Source: a bacterium (GTDB lineage: Bacteria > SAR324 > NAC60-12). From it: a stretch of DNA of 64,000 nt. Below are positions 21,905 through 32,029 of the stretch, one piece after another. Position 1 is the stretch's first letter, and each line of letters opens with the position of its first letter. The translations under genes and the position numbers were made by a program. The stretch lies in contig CBDBHR010000026.1 in assembly GCA_965205865.1 (NCBI GenBank), positions 192,001 to 256,000 on the forward strand, read 5' to 3'. Below the pieces are notes generated by a model. That model made no database searches, was not told where the DNA came from, and saw nothing but the letters and a program-made list of their open reading frames with translations.

Positions 21905-22153
21905 TTATACATCCGGATCAATTCCTGCTTTTTTGAGTAACTCTCGTAAACAATTCCGGTCATTTTGTACTTCTTCTTTGAGCTTCCGTTCCTCTTCCTC
22001 CCTCCGCAGAGCCTCTTCTTTGTCTTGTAGGGCATCTTCTAAAAGTTGTTGCCTTGTTTGTTCTTCACGGATGGCATTTTGACGGGCTTGGTATAAATGA
22101 TAATTCGCTTCTTTTTCTGAAAATCTCTCCAGGACTGCCATGGCTTGCCTCAT
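21905..22153 (-). pseudogene. C-terminal fragment of an Rpn/PD-(D/E)XK putative transposase
   Basis: MRQAMAVLERFSEKEANYHLYQARQNAIREE plus a coiled tail ending LLKKAGIDP. Confidence 0.6.
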
Positions 22154-22386
22154 GTGTAGACACAATCGACTGTTGGAGAAATGCGATGTTTCACAATGAT
22201 ACTCCTCAAAGAAGGGAACAAGAGAGCACTTGTTTTCAATCAGTATATCAAAGCGTTTGGGCAACACCTCATCAACCTATTGAAAAACTTACAAAAAAGC
22301 GCAGAACCAGGCTCACCTCAAGCGTTTTGTTGGGCTGAGACCTACCAACCATCATTAAGTTGGTCAGTGAACTCAACACCAGGCAG

Positions 22387-22695
22387 TTAGCTAGTTCCCT
22401 TTAGTTTTTTTCTGATCCAAGCAGGATCTCGGCGCATTGGTAGAATAGAAACAACTTGAACAACAGCATCCTTTGTTTCGTAGTAGATTGCGTAGGGAAA
22501 TCTTTTGGACAACATTCGATGAAAGCCAAATATTTTTATGTGGATACCTGCGAACAGGACAAGAGATTCGATATCCGCAATTAGGCTATCCCAGAAATAA
22601 TCTCCAACACCTTGTTCTTTGTGAGCATAAAAATCCTTCCTCTCTTTCAAATCATCATAAGCCTCCTTTAGTACTCTAATTTCTTTTATCTTCAT
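22387..22695 (-). CDS. RelE/ParE family toxin
   Basis: AYDDLKE..FY...RFPYAIYY...ILPMRRDP; overlaps the upstream antitoxin. Confidence 0.8.
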   Translation of the reverse strand: MKIKEIRVLKEAYDDLKERKDFYAHKEQGVGDYFWDSLIADIESLVLFAGIHIKIFGFHRMLSKRFPYAIYYETKDAVVQVVSILPMRRDPAWIRKKLKGTS

Positions 22696-22898
22696 GATTG
22701 ATGGCTCGATTTCAACGCTTCTAAAGTCATGAATTCCGTTCTATCGCTTTCCATTTGTTTTTTTCGTTCTTCCAGCACCTCTCCATGCCACTTTGGAGAT
22801 TCAATCTCTGATTCATCTTCCAGGAGTGAATCCCAGAGGGCTTCCATGGATTGAAGGCGTTCAATCGTGCTCATTTTTTTGATCTCAGTGATATTCAT
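22692..22898 (-). CDS. Addiction module antitoxin (TIGR02574-like)
   Basis: ERLQSMEALWDSL...SPKWHGEVLEER. Confidence 0.8.
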   Translation of the reverse strand: MNITEIKKMSTIERLQSMEALWDSLLEDESEIESPKWHGEVLEERKKQMESDRTEFMTLEALKSSHQS

Positions 22899-23117
22899 TT
22901 TTTATCCTTTCATGTTGTTCTCGATGATCCCCTTCTGACTCGAAATGAAGAGTTTTTCCATTTGAAATACCCTTGTAAAATTTTATCATAAATAATGGAA
23001 AAGTGAATCATCGGTATTTTGCGAGAATTTTTTGCAGAGCCCCTCACCATTCTTCTGCCTCGGTCAATGCTTTTTCAGCTTCGTTTTCAGGAACATGAAG
23101 GGTGAGCCCATCGTCCT

Positions 23118-24331
23118 TAAAATGATGCGCTCTGAATCCCATGCTTTTCGTTCCGGGAAGGGCAGGATTGCCCCGTATTTTCAAGGACTGACACAGAGAA
23201 GAGCGAGGATCAAGTCCGGGATGACACCAGCACTCGCCCCTGAGGAATTAAGAGGAGCAAAAAAATTCGATTGACCTCCTCTAAATATTGTTATATAGAG
23301 AGGATACTGAAGGGGATCATGAAATCTACCAGGATATTGCCATCATCGTTCTTTTGTGATAGTTCTCGAGAAATCGCCTTGGGCTGACGGTTTTTAAGAA
23401 TTTCGGCTTTTTTTTCGTTTTTTTTTTTGATAATTTTCAACGAAAACGCCTTGGGCTGACGGAAGGGCACTTTTGATAGTTCTCACGAAAACGCCTTTGG
23501 TTGAAAGTTTTTAAGAATTTCTGCTGGTCTTTATTTTTCCATTGTGATAGTTTTCAAGAAATCGCCTTTTGTTGAAGGTTTTATTTCAATTTCGCTCCTA
23601 TTTATTTAGCCGAAAGTCAGGTAAAACCTCATATCCTCACCAGAGGATTTTTAGAAACGGTCAACGGGGAATTGAAAAGTGCCAAAATTGTTGACTTCTG
23701 TATCTCAATATGAAAAGTAATTTCGTTGATCTTTAGAAGACACTCATGAATGAATGAGTCGCCCTATTTAAAAAAAGATTGACAACCATTTGCAGAGCGA
23801 TTATAAATATTATTCCAGGGACGGAAGGGCAATAATGCGATCTTTCGCTTTGCCCAGGATGACATGAAAGTCTGAAATTAACCTGTTTCAAGTATAAGAG
23901 AATCTTGACAATAAGGTAGCTATGAGAGTAAACTCAAAAACCAGTTCCCAGTTCCCAGTTCCCAGTTCCCAGTTCCCAGTTCCCAGTTCCCAGTTCCCAG
24001 TTCCCGTAATAAGTTCCAAGCAACAAGTCACAAGTCCCCAATCCCAAGTTCTACCCCCTTATATTATCTCGACATCAGGGAGAGATCCCTAAGATTCCTC
24101 GTTCCCCGTTCCGGAAACGGAACGGCAATGGGGAATTTGGAAAATCATTGGCGCCAGAGTGCGTCGGTTTATGGTTCATTGCCCAATCCTGGAGCCAATG
24201 AATCGGTTTTTTGATCACTTGAAAATGAAGGAGACCCAATGTGTAGAGAAATCGTCGAGAACGTGCTTTCGGGAACGAAAGCAGGTTTTAAAGCAATCCT
24301 TAATTTTGAACATGCAATCGAAAGGAAAAAG
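23118..24331 (+). promoter_or_regulatory. Conserved ABC-module leader, copy B
   Basis: Homologous to 56944-58140 and 18575-19530; several TTGAC(A) boxes and a degenerate ~40 bp motif repeated four times. Confidence 0.8.
23941..24003 (+). repeat. Heptamer tandem repeat (CCAGTTC)9
   Basis: Nine perfect units followed by ccgt. Confidence 0.97.
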
Positions 24332-26104
24332 ATGTTTAATCAAAAAAGCAAATCAACCTTCAGTGCAACACTGCTGGCTCTCATCCTGGGAGCAAGCGTT
24401 TTCATGGCTGGTCAGGTCTGGGCAGCCAAGTATGTGACGGACCCGACCACCGGCAAGGTGGTAACCGCGCCAGAGTATGGCGGGACAATAACCTTCGCCA
24501 ATAAAGGTGAGGCGGCGGGTCCTGACGTCTTGGTCTCTGGTATGTGGGGGTCGCAGTACGTATCTGGCGTTTTAGAGAAGCTGGTCATTGGGGACTGGGC
24601 AACGCCCAGAGACAAATGGGACTTCCAGTTTCACAACGTTCCAACTAACACGATAGGGCAGCTGGCTGAAAGCTGGTCGCAGCCCGACCCACTGACTTAT
24701 ATCGTCAAAATCCGCCAGGGCGTTCACTGGCATGATAAGGCACCGATGAACGGTCGGGAGCTGACTGCCGATGACATCGTCTATAACTATCACCGTTATA
24801 CGGGTACGGGCAGCGGCTTCACCGAACTTAGCGAATTTGCTACTCAGTTCAAAGGTGTGCAAGTGGAATCGATAACGGCCACCGACAAATGGACGGTTGT
24901 TATGAAGCTGAAGGAGCTAAACCTCAGTGCGCTGGCTGTTATCCTCGACGGCCAGCTTGGCTGGATATATTCCCCCGAGGTAATCAAGGAACACGGGGAC
25001 AGTGCGGATTGGAAGAACCTGGTCGGCACCGGACCCTTTATGCTGACTGACTGGACCGAGGGCAGCTCTATCACCTGGGACAAGAATCCTGACTACTGGG
25101 GCTTCGACGAAAAATACCCGGAGTACCGCCTGCCCTATATTGACCGGTTAAGGGCTCTGATTATGCCCGAAGTGGCAACAATTATGGCAGCACTGCGCAC
25201 GGGTAAGCTTGATTACATAGGTCAGATCGGCGAGACTCAAATCAGGACTCTCGACCAGGTAGAGAGCCTCCAGAAGACCAACCCCGAAATCGTGATATGG
25301 ACATTCCATTTTCGGTCGGAAAATAGTTTTGGTATGAACGTTCAGTTGCCGCCCTTTGACGACATCAGGGTGCGCAAGGCCATGCAGATGGCAATTGACC
25401 TCGAGACAATCAACAACGCCTACTTCAAGGGTTATGCAGATATAGTACCTCAGGGGCAGGTGCAGCGCATATTGACAGAGTTTGCCACCCCATTTGAAGA
25501 GTGGCCCGAAGATGTCAAGAAAGTCTTTGACTACGACCCGGAAGGTGCCGAAGCGTTGCTTGATGAGGCCGGATATCCTCGTGGTGCCGACGGCATTAGA
25601 TTCAAGACCGAGTTGATGCAGCTCGAGCGGTACGATTTGAACTATGCAGAATTAGTCGCTTCATACTGGGCTAAGATTGGCGTTGATGTAGAGATTCAAG
25701 TAGCGTCAGGAGCTGAGTTTGGCCCTAGAAGAAGTGAGGGGGATTTCGAAATGGTCAATGCGGAAGCGGCCATGAGGTATTTCCCATTGATACTACAAGC
25801 TCGCTATGCGACGGGCGTTGGATGGAACAGCTCCAATAGCAGCGACCCGGTTTATGACGCCATGTATGAAGCCGGCGGAAAGGCTACCACCATCGAGGAG
25901 CTGTACAGGATGAGTAAAGAGATGAATCAGTATGCGATAGAGAAGTTCTGGACCATATGGGGTCCTATGGCCCCAAATTACGTGGCGAACCAGCCGTGGG
26001 TCAAAGGTTTTAACGGTGAATATAAGATAGGAAACGGTGATTATAAGGCTGTCTTCGCCCGCCTCTGGATTGATAGTGAGCTGAAGGAAGCAATGGGTCA
26101 TTAG
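24332..26104 (+). CDS. ABC transporter substrate-binding protein, family 5 (peptide/nickel)
   Basis: Sec signal ending VWA; PEYGGT, LAESWSQPD, VGTGPF, DIRVRKAMQMAID. Confidence 0.92.
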   Translation: MFNQKSKSTFSATLLALILGASVFMAGQVWAAKYVTDPTTGKVVTAPEYGGTITFANKGEAAGPDVLVSGMWGSQYVSGVLEKLVIGDWATPRDKWDFQFHNVPTNTIGQLAESWSQPDPLTYIVKIRQGVHWHDKAPMNGRELTADDIVYNYHRYTGTGSGFTELSEFATQFKGVQVESITATDKWTVVMKLKELNLSALAVILDGQLGWIYSPEVIKEHGDSADWKNLVGTGPFMLTDWTEGSSITWDKNPDYWGFDEKYPEYRLPYIDRLRALIMPEVATIMAALRTGKLDYIGQIGETQIRTLDQVESLQKTNPEIVIWTFHFRSENSFGMNVQLPPFDDIRVRKAMQMAIDLETINNAYFKGYADIVPQGQVQRILTEFATPFEEWPEDVKKVFDYDPEGAEALLDEAGYPRGADGIRFKTELMQLERYDLNYAELVASYWAKIGVDVEIQVASGAEFGPRRSEGDFEMVNAEAAMRYFPLILQARYATGVGWNSSNSSDPVYDAMYEAGGKATTIEELYRMSKEMNQYAIEKFWTIWGPMAPNYVANQPWVKGFNGEYKIGNGDYKAVFARLWIDSELKEAMGH

Positions 26105-26319
26105 GGGTTTCGCCCCTTGTGGCTGACCTCAGGGAAAGAGGGAGCTGGGAAGCGCAAGCTTCCCAGCTCCCATACTCATTGAATAATGAGATTCTTACTC
26201 TCATTGCGAGGCTTGTCCTGAACCGAAGCTCTGAGTGCAGCGAAGAGGCAGTGAAGGAACTTGAGGAAGCCCCGATAGTCTACTGTCTCAGAAGTGCGCT
26301 TAACAAACAGAAAGCCTTC

Positions 26320-26414
26320 GGCGGCCCTTCGACGGGCTCAGGGCGAACGGAGTGTTGGCTTTTCCCGTTCACGGGGTGTTGGCTTTTCCCGTTCGTGGTG
26401 AGCCTGTCGAACCA
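26320..26414. repeat. Palindromic REP-like element with an internal 19 bp duplication
   Basis: cccttcgacgggctcagggcgaacgg ... ccgttcgtggtgagcctgtcgaacca; gtgttggcttttcccgttc occurs twice. Confidence 0.65.
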
Positions 26415-26551
26415 TAGGCCCCCTCCGGAACACGATGCGATTTATGCAACGAACTTCCGAGTCGGGACAATAGAATCAGGGCTGGCAATGACAAAAGAGG
26501 GGTGGCAATGACGAAAGAAATGACGGGGGAGATCGCAATGAGATGTATCAC

Positions 26552-27505
26552 ATGAGAGCCTATATCATCAGGCGGTTACTGCTGATAATCCCCACCCTGT
26601 TTATATTGACCATCCTGGTCTTTCTCTCCGTCCGCTTCATCCCCGGCGATGTAATAGACGCAATGGTGATGAAGATGGAATGGTACGGGGAGGTTGACCG
26701 TGAAGCTCTTGAGCGTCGGCTGGGATTAGACGTGCCTGTCTACGTGCAGTATGGACGCTGGATAGGAGATATTTTCCGGCACGGTAGCCTTGGCGAAACA
26801 CTGATGGGCCGTGGGGCGGTGGAGGAGAAGATAATAGATAGACTGCCGGTAACCATTGAGCTTGGCCTCATGGCAATCGTGATCGGGCTGGTGATCGCGC
26901 TGCCCGTTGGCATCTACTCGGCGATTCGCCAGGATACGGCCGCCGACTACCTGGGGCGTTCCGCCGCCATCATCGGCCTGGCTACGCCGAACTTCTGGCT
27001 GGGCATTATGGTGATGATATTCCCAGCAATCTGGTGGGGCTGGTCGCCACCGATGGAGTGGGTTCCTTTCACCGAAGACCCACTGGGGAATCTGGCGGTG
27101 TTCATCATTCCCAGCCTGATTCTGGGGACGGCCTCCTCGGCTGCCACCATGCGGATGACGCGCACCATGATGCTGGAGGTGCTCCGGCAGGACTATATCC
27201 GCACTGCCTGGTCCAAGGGGCTCCGGGAACGGGTCGTGATTATCCGGCACAGCATCAAAAATGCCCTCATCCCGGTGGTGACTCTGATCGGCTTGCAGTT
27301 GCCTATCCTGGTAGGAGGCGCCGTTATCATGGAGAACATCTTCAACCTGCCGGGGCTCGGTCGTCTCTTGGTGAATGCCCTCCAAAACCGGGACTATCCG
27401 ATGGTCTCCGGAATCAACCTGTTTTTCGCCACCGGGGTGGTGCTGATCAATCTCCTCATCGACCTGATTTATCCTTATTTGGATCCGAGAGTAAGGTATG
27501 AATAA
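26552..27505 (+). CDS. ABC permease B (OppB/DppB-like)
   Basis: [31 protein letters not shown]...LDPRVRY. Confidence 0.93.
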   Translation: MRAYIIRRLLLIIPTLFILTILVFLSVRFIPGDVIDAMVMKMEWYGEVDREALERRLGLDVPVYVQYGRWIGDIFRHGSLGETLMGRGAVEEKIIDRLPVTIELGLMAIVIGLVIALPVGIYSAIRQDTAADYLGRSAAIIGLATPNFWLGIMVMIFPAIWWGWSPPMEWVPFTEDPLGNLAVFIIPSLILGTASSAATMRMTRTMMLEVLRQDYIRTAWSKGLRERVVIIRHSIKNALIPVVTLIGLQLPILVGGAVIMENIFNLPGLGRLLVNALQNRDYPMVSGINLFFATGVVLINLLIDLIYPYLDPRVRYE

Positions 27506-28107
27506 TCGCTGGCGCTCTGGCCAGGGGTTTGCCTGACGATTGTCGTCTACAGTCTCAACATGTTCGGCGATGCCATGCGGGATCTGCTTGATCACAGGCT
27601 ACGGGGCGGTCAGGGCAGTTATGGCAAACACTCCGTCTTGTCGATTTCTATCCTGATCTTTTGTTCCTTCAAGAGTGCCCAACGAGATTGCTTCGCAAGG
27701 GGGCCGCCCAGGCCTCGCATTGACGGGTCAATCTGGAGGTGCTCCGGCAGGACTATATCCGAACGGCCTGGTCCAAGGGGCTCAAGGAGCGGTCCGTGGT
27801 GATCCGACACGCCGTCAAGAATGCCCTCATCCCGATGGTGACGCGTTCAGCTAGGCTTTTTGGCCGCGCTGCGGCCGCCTAACTTCTCTGCGGCCTGCAG
27901 TTGCCAATCCTGGTCGGGGGCGCCGTGATCATGGAGAACATCTTCAACCTGCCGGGGATCGGTCGTCTCCTGGTGAATGCCCTCAATGACCGGGACTACC
28001 CGATGGTCTCCGGAGTCAACCTGTTTTTCGCCACCGGGGTGGTGCTGCTCAATCTCCTCATCGATCTGATTTATCCCTACCCGGACCCGAAAGTGCGGTA
28101 TGAATAA
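27506..28107 (+). pseudogene. Mosaic of permease C 3' and permease B 3' fragments
   Basis: LALWPGVCLTIVVYSLNMFGDAMRDLLD, then a damaged second copy of LEVLRQDY...RDYPMVSG...DPKVRYE. Confidence 0.8.
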
Positions 28108-28226
28108 GGCCAGCAGGCGGTGCCTTCATAACACCCGCGATTTTTTGTAGCACACTTACCTCCGGGATAGGGGACTGCTTTAGGGGTCCATTTGATCTCA
28201 TCTGAAAGAAAGCGTGTTTGGAGCGG

Positions 28227-28589
28227 TTAATCAATCAGCTTCTGTTTAATTTGTTCGACTTCTTTAGCAAGCTCTCGGCTAATCTTGTTCAGAATGCCTT
28301 CTATGTCCCGTCGTCCATGTAGGATAGTCACCACAATAATACCGTTTTCAATCGATTCGTACACCGCAAAATATTTGGCAACCGGGGCCATTAAATAGGA
28401 AGTTGCACGTTTTTGACGTTTTTTCCCAATGTCAGGGTTGCTCGCTATCCGTTGAAGTGAAAAAAAGAGGGAATCCATGTAGGTATCCGCAACCACTTCT
28501 CCCCAAGTATCAACCGAGTACTGGTAAATTTCACGCAAATCAGAGGCAGCCCGTCGGGTTAAATAATAATCAGCCAATTTTATTGCCAA
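28227..28589 (-). CDS. ParE/RelE family toxin
   Basis: LTRRAASDLREIYQYSVDTWG...ILHGRRDI. Confidence 0.85.
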   Translation of the reverse strand: MAIKLADYYLTRRAASDLREIYQYSVDTWGEVVADTYMDSLFFSLQRIASNPDIGKKRQKRATSYLMAPVAKYFAVYESIENGIIVVTILHGRRDIEGILNKISRELAKEVEQIKQKLID

Positions 28590-28846
28590 CCTTCCGCTTC
28601 TTTTTTATCTAAAATTTTCATATCTTTTTTGAAATTACCCGTGGACTTGAAGTATCTTCCTGCTGCGATATCCTGGTATCCTTCAATAATGGCGTTATGA
28701 GTCTGATAAGCCTCACTATTTTCCATGTCCCGCCTTATTAGATCACGGATATATTCACTGGATGTTTCAAAACGAGGACCGACCACGGAAGCAACGTGGT
28801 TTGCCAGTTCTTCCGGCAAACGGGTATTAATGCGATCTAAAGCCAT
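28580..28846 (-). CDS. ParD/CopG-like ribbon-helix-helix antitoxin
   Basis: RINTRLPEEL...SSEYIRDLIRRD; overlaps the toxin start. Confidence 0.8.
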   Translation of the reverse strand: MALDRINTRLPEELANHVASVVGPRFETSSEYIRDLIRRDMENSEAYQTHNAIIEGYQDIAAGRYFKSTGNFKKDMKILDKKEAEGWQ

Positions 28847-28939
28847 GTTTTTCCTTTCTATTTTCGTCAGGGTTTTCGGTCTTTCAACCTAGCAACTGTC
28901 ATAACAAATGTCAATTCTGTCGCCATTATTGCAATGATT

Positions 28940-29205
28940 AGTGTCAAAGAGAATGATTACTTTCTGGCGGCGAAAGCCCTGGGCAGTCCTCTGCCCACCA
29001 CCCTGAGGCGGCATGTCCTGCCAAATATTATGCCGCCCCTCCTCATCATCTTCTCAATCAACATTGGTGGCGTCATCATTGCCGAGGCCTCGCTGAGTTT
29101 GCTCGTATTCGGACTGCCCATCAAGGTTCCCAGCTGGGGCGGGATGCTCAGCCGGGAAGGGCTTCAGTAGATGGAGATGGCCCCACGGCTGGCTCTCTGG
29201 CCGGG
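28940..29205 (+). pseudogene. ABC permease C internal fragment
   Basis: KENDYFLAAKALG...HVLPNIM...PSWGGMLSREG. Confidence 0.8.
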
Positions 29206-30128
29206 TCGGAACCCGTAACTAAACCCAAGGAAATCCTCCTCATAGATCGATTCCAACGTCCAAACAAGGGCTTGTTGTACGATCTCGTCTTCAAGTGCGG
29301 CTATTCCGATTGGCCTTTGACGGCCATCCGGTTTAGGAACCCACACTCGCAGAGAAGGGTGAGGACGATAGCGTTCTTGGTGGATCCTCCCGTGCAGATC
29401 GTTAATCCGCTCCAGGAGATTTATGCCATACTCATTCCAGGTCTCCTCGTCCACTCCCGCCGCTGAGTTGCGATTGAGATCAAAGTAAGCTCTCCGCAGT
29501 AAGTCAGGGTTGATGTGATGAAAGAGATTGTTGAATTGAAGATGGGGGTTCCTCTTCGCCCTTTGGCGCAGCCTGCTTAAACCGCTCTCTGATTTTAACG
29601 GCCTCTGAGTTACGAACACAGGAGGGCAAGCAGAATTCCTCTCAGCCAAGTCCCTTTGCTCCACAGGCTCCGTTGATTTCCTTTGCATTGTTACTCTCAA
29701 CAAATGATCTCATTGTTCGCCGCTTCATCGCTACTACGAACTTGTCCGACTTCCTGAAAACGTCGATGTCGGGGTTATTTATTAATTTTCCCGACCCGAC
29801 TACCAATGGAACGTTGATAGTCGTCTTCAGGATCTCCCGGGTTCCGATCAAGAAACTTCCACACATGCGCCGGGTCTTCGACTCCGCCAGGCTCAGCCGA
29901 GACTCACGCTAACGCCTTCGGTTGATATTGCCTTCCCCACCAGACTACAAGGTCAGCGCCTGAGACTATGATTTCGGAGCTCAATACCGAGCCTATGTTC
30001 TCCCCTGTCAACGCTTAGCGCCTATCCTTGCGAATATCCACTCATGACTCAGGGACTCGGCGGGTCGTTACTGCCTTACCGAGTAAGAGACTTTCACTCT
30101 CTATTTCTTGCCAGCTTTCCTGGCGCAC
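29200..30128 (-). mobile_element. Group II intron, 5' part with truncated reverse transcriptase
   Basis: 5' end GTGCGCCAGG at 30128; ORF with SAAGVD, PKPDGRQRPIGI, SYGFRPG, cut after RT domain 2. Confidence 0.9.
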
Positions 30129-30189
30129 AGCCCCTCCCTTTTTCCTTCCTGAGAATCGCTGTTTTTACTTCTGCGTCAAGTTTGGGCTC

Positions 30190-30762
30190 TTATTCACGAA
30201 AAATAAACGGGTATTTCTCATATCCCTGCAGCCATTCCATCAAATAGTCTTCAACCAGAGATTGGCAGACTCTTTCTCTCACGACAATGCCGGCTTCACG
30301 CAACAGACGGATGCCAGCCCCCTGGACGTTGGGGTGAGGGTCCCGAATTCCTATGACCACACGATCGATCTTTTTGCAAATGATGGCAGAGGTACACGGA
30401 GGCGTTCGACCATAGAATGTACAAGGCTCCACAGTCGAGTAAAGGGTTGCTCCGCTGACTGAGTGGAGCTTTTTTTCTGCGTCGAGAAAGGCGCTTATTT
30501 CTGCATGGGGTCCTCCTGGTGGCTGTGTTTTTCCTTCACCCAGGACGATGCCCTCCCTCACGATCACAGAACCCACATAGGGATTGTTTCCAGTCGCACC
30601 CTTGGCTTGCTTTCCCAGTTCAATCGCCTGTTTCATGAAAACTTCATCTTTTGCTTCCAGGAAGTGATTGGATGTATTCACCGAGAAACTCTTTTTTTGC
30701 AAAGAATGGGATTGAGCGGCTTTTCTGGCTGTCCCGGGGAATTGGTGGTTATACCAGATCAA
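30190..30762 (-). CDS. RibD-type pyrimidine deaminase domain, stand-alone (start uncertain)
   Basis: NPYVGSVIV, GGPHAE, TVEPC...RTPPC, DPHPNVQGAG; no reductase domain. Confidence 0.8.
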   Translation of the reverse strand: MIWYNHQFPGTARKAAQSHSLQKKSFSVNTSNHFLEAKDEVFMKQAIELGKQAKGATGNNPYVGSVIVREGIVLGEGKTQPPGGPHAEISAFLDAEKKLHSVSGATLYSTVEPCTFYGRTPPCTSAIICKKIDRVVIGIRDPHPNVQGAGIRLLREAGIVVRERVCQSLVEDYLMEWLQGYEKYPFIFRE

Positions 30763-30788
30763 AGCAGCCTGGAGGTCTGATTGTCAAT

Positions 30789-31799
30789 TTATGAGAAAAA
30801 GGCGTTTTGTCTCAGAGAGCGGCTGGAAAGTATTGGTTCAATCATCCAGCATAAGATCCCTGCCAGGACAAACCATTGGAATTGCTCATTCCACAAGCGT
30901 CGGCGAGTTGTTTGCAGTTGGTTGATTTGCAAGTTTTCCCGCATGTCTTGAAGATAGATTTTTTCCAAGTCCAGGTCGCCGGTCACCGATTGCGCATAAC
31001 TACCACCGGTGGCGAGAGCCAACTCCTGCAGAGCCACTTCATTCAACTTACTCAGCACCAGTTCTCCTTGCCGGTTTTTCAAGAGCCCTCCTTCCGGGTT
31101 CGGAATGGGAACGCCTTCGGGTTTTCCGATGCCAATCACGAAAATTTTCACTCCATTTTTGCGTGCTTGTTCGACCACAGTTTGCAAGTCCCCGGAATGG
31201 TCTTCCCCATCTGTGATCAAAATAACCGCTCTGGCAGTACGAGGGGTGTCGGAAAATGCTTGCATTGATGTCTGCAAAGCATGCGTGATGGCAGTTCCTG
31301 GCACAGGGATAAATTCCGTATCCAAAGCATCCAAAAAAATTTCAATGGCCTTGTAATCCAAAGTCAAAGGACTTTGTAGAAAACTAGTGCCTGCAAATGC
31401 GACCAATCCCACCCGGTCTCCTCGTACCATGCTCAGCAAATCAATCACTTCTCGCTTAGCGCGAGTGAGCCGATTTGGACTGATATCTTCGGCCAGCATA
31501 CTCAGGGAGACATCAATGGCAAGGATGATATCAATGCCACGATGTTGCACTTTCTCCCATTGAAACCCCCAGCGAGGTTGAGCCAAAGCAATGATCCCCA
31601 ATGCCATTCCACCTAAAAGCAGCAATAATTTGACACGATGGTTGAGCAGACTGGGAGATGATACCAGACGAGGCCACAATATTTCATCCGCAAATTGACG
31701 CAGCAGACGTTTCTTTTGCTGTTGAGAAAAAATATGCAATCCCAACATCAATGGAATCAGTAACAACCCTAGTAGCAAATTGACATGGAGAAAATTCAT
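30789..31799 (-). CDS. VWA domain protein (BatB-like)
   Basis: ALAQPRWG, DVSLSMLAED MIDAS, LITDGED. Confidence 0.88.
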   Translation of the reverse strand: MNFLHVNLLLGLLLIPLMLGLHIFSQQQKKRLLRQFADEILWPRLVSSPSLLNHRVKLLLLLGGMALGIIALAQPRWGFQWEKVQHRGIDIILAIDVSLSMLAEDISPNRLTRAKREVIDLLSMVRGDRVGLVAFAGTSFLQSPLTLDYKAIEIFLDALDTEFIPVPGTAITHALQTSMQAFSDTPRTARAVILITDGEDHSGDLQTVVEQARKNGVKIFVIGIGKPEGVPIPNPEGGLLKNRQGELVLSKLNEVALQELALATGGSYAQSVTGDLDLEKIYLQDMRENLQINQLQTTRRRLWNEQFQWFVLAGILCWMIEPILSSRSLRQNAFFS

Positions 31800-31888
31800 A
31801 AAGCAAATAGAGCTGGCAAACACGACAAGAGTCTGTTAAGTTGACAGATTATACCAAAATCATTTTTCATTCAATCCGTGAAATCAAG

Positions 31889-32029
31889 ATGTCTCCGAAA
31901 AAGAAAACCAAATTGCATCGTAAAAACAAGAGTCATGCCAACAAAGCCAACACCAAAAAGCGATTCAAAACCGCTCGGGAGGTAGCGTTGTTACTCAACA
32001 AACTGGAGCAGGAAGACTCATCTGAATGA
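31889..32029 (+). CDS. Small basic hypothetical protein
   Basis: 46 aa Lys-rich ORF with ATGA overlap to the xth gene. Confidence 0.45.
   Translation: MSPKKKTKLHRKNKSHANKANTKKRFKTAREVALLLNKLEQEDSSE

Noticed and set aside
29164-29703. RT as retron, DGR or CRISPR-associated RT
   Set aside because: It sits inside a group II intron RNA starting GTGCG and is cut before the catalytic YADD region
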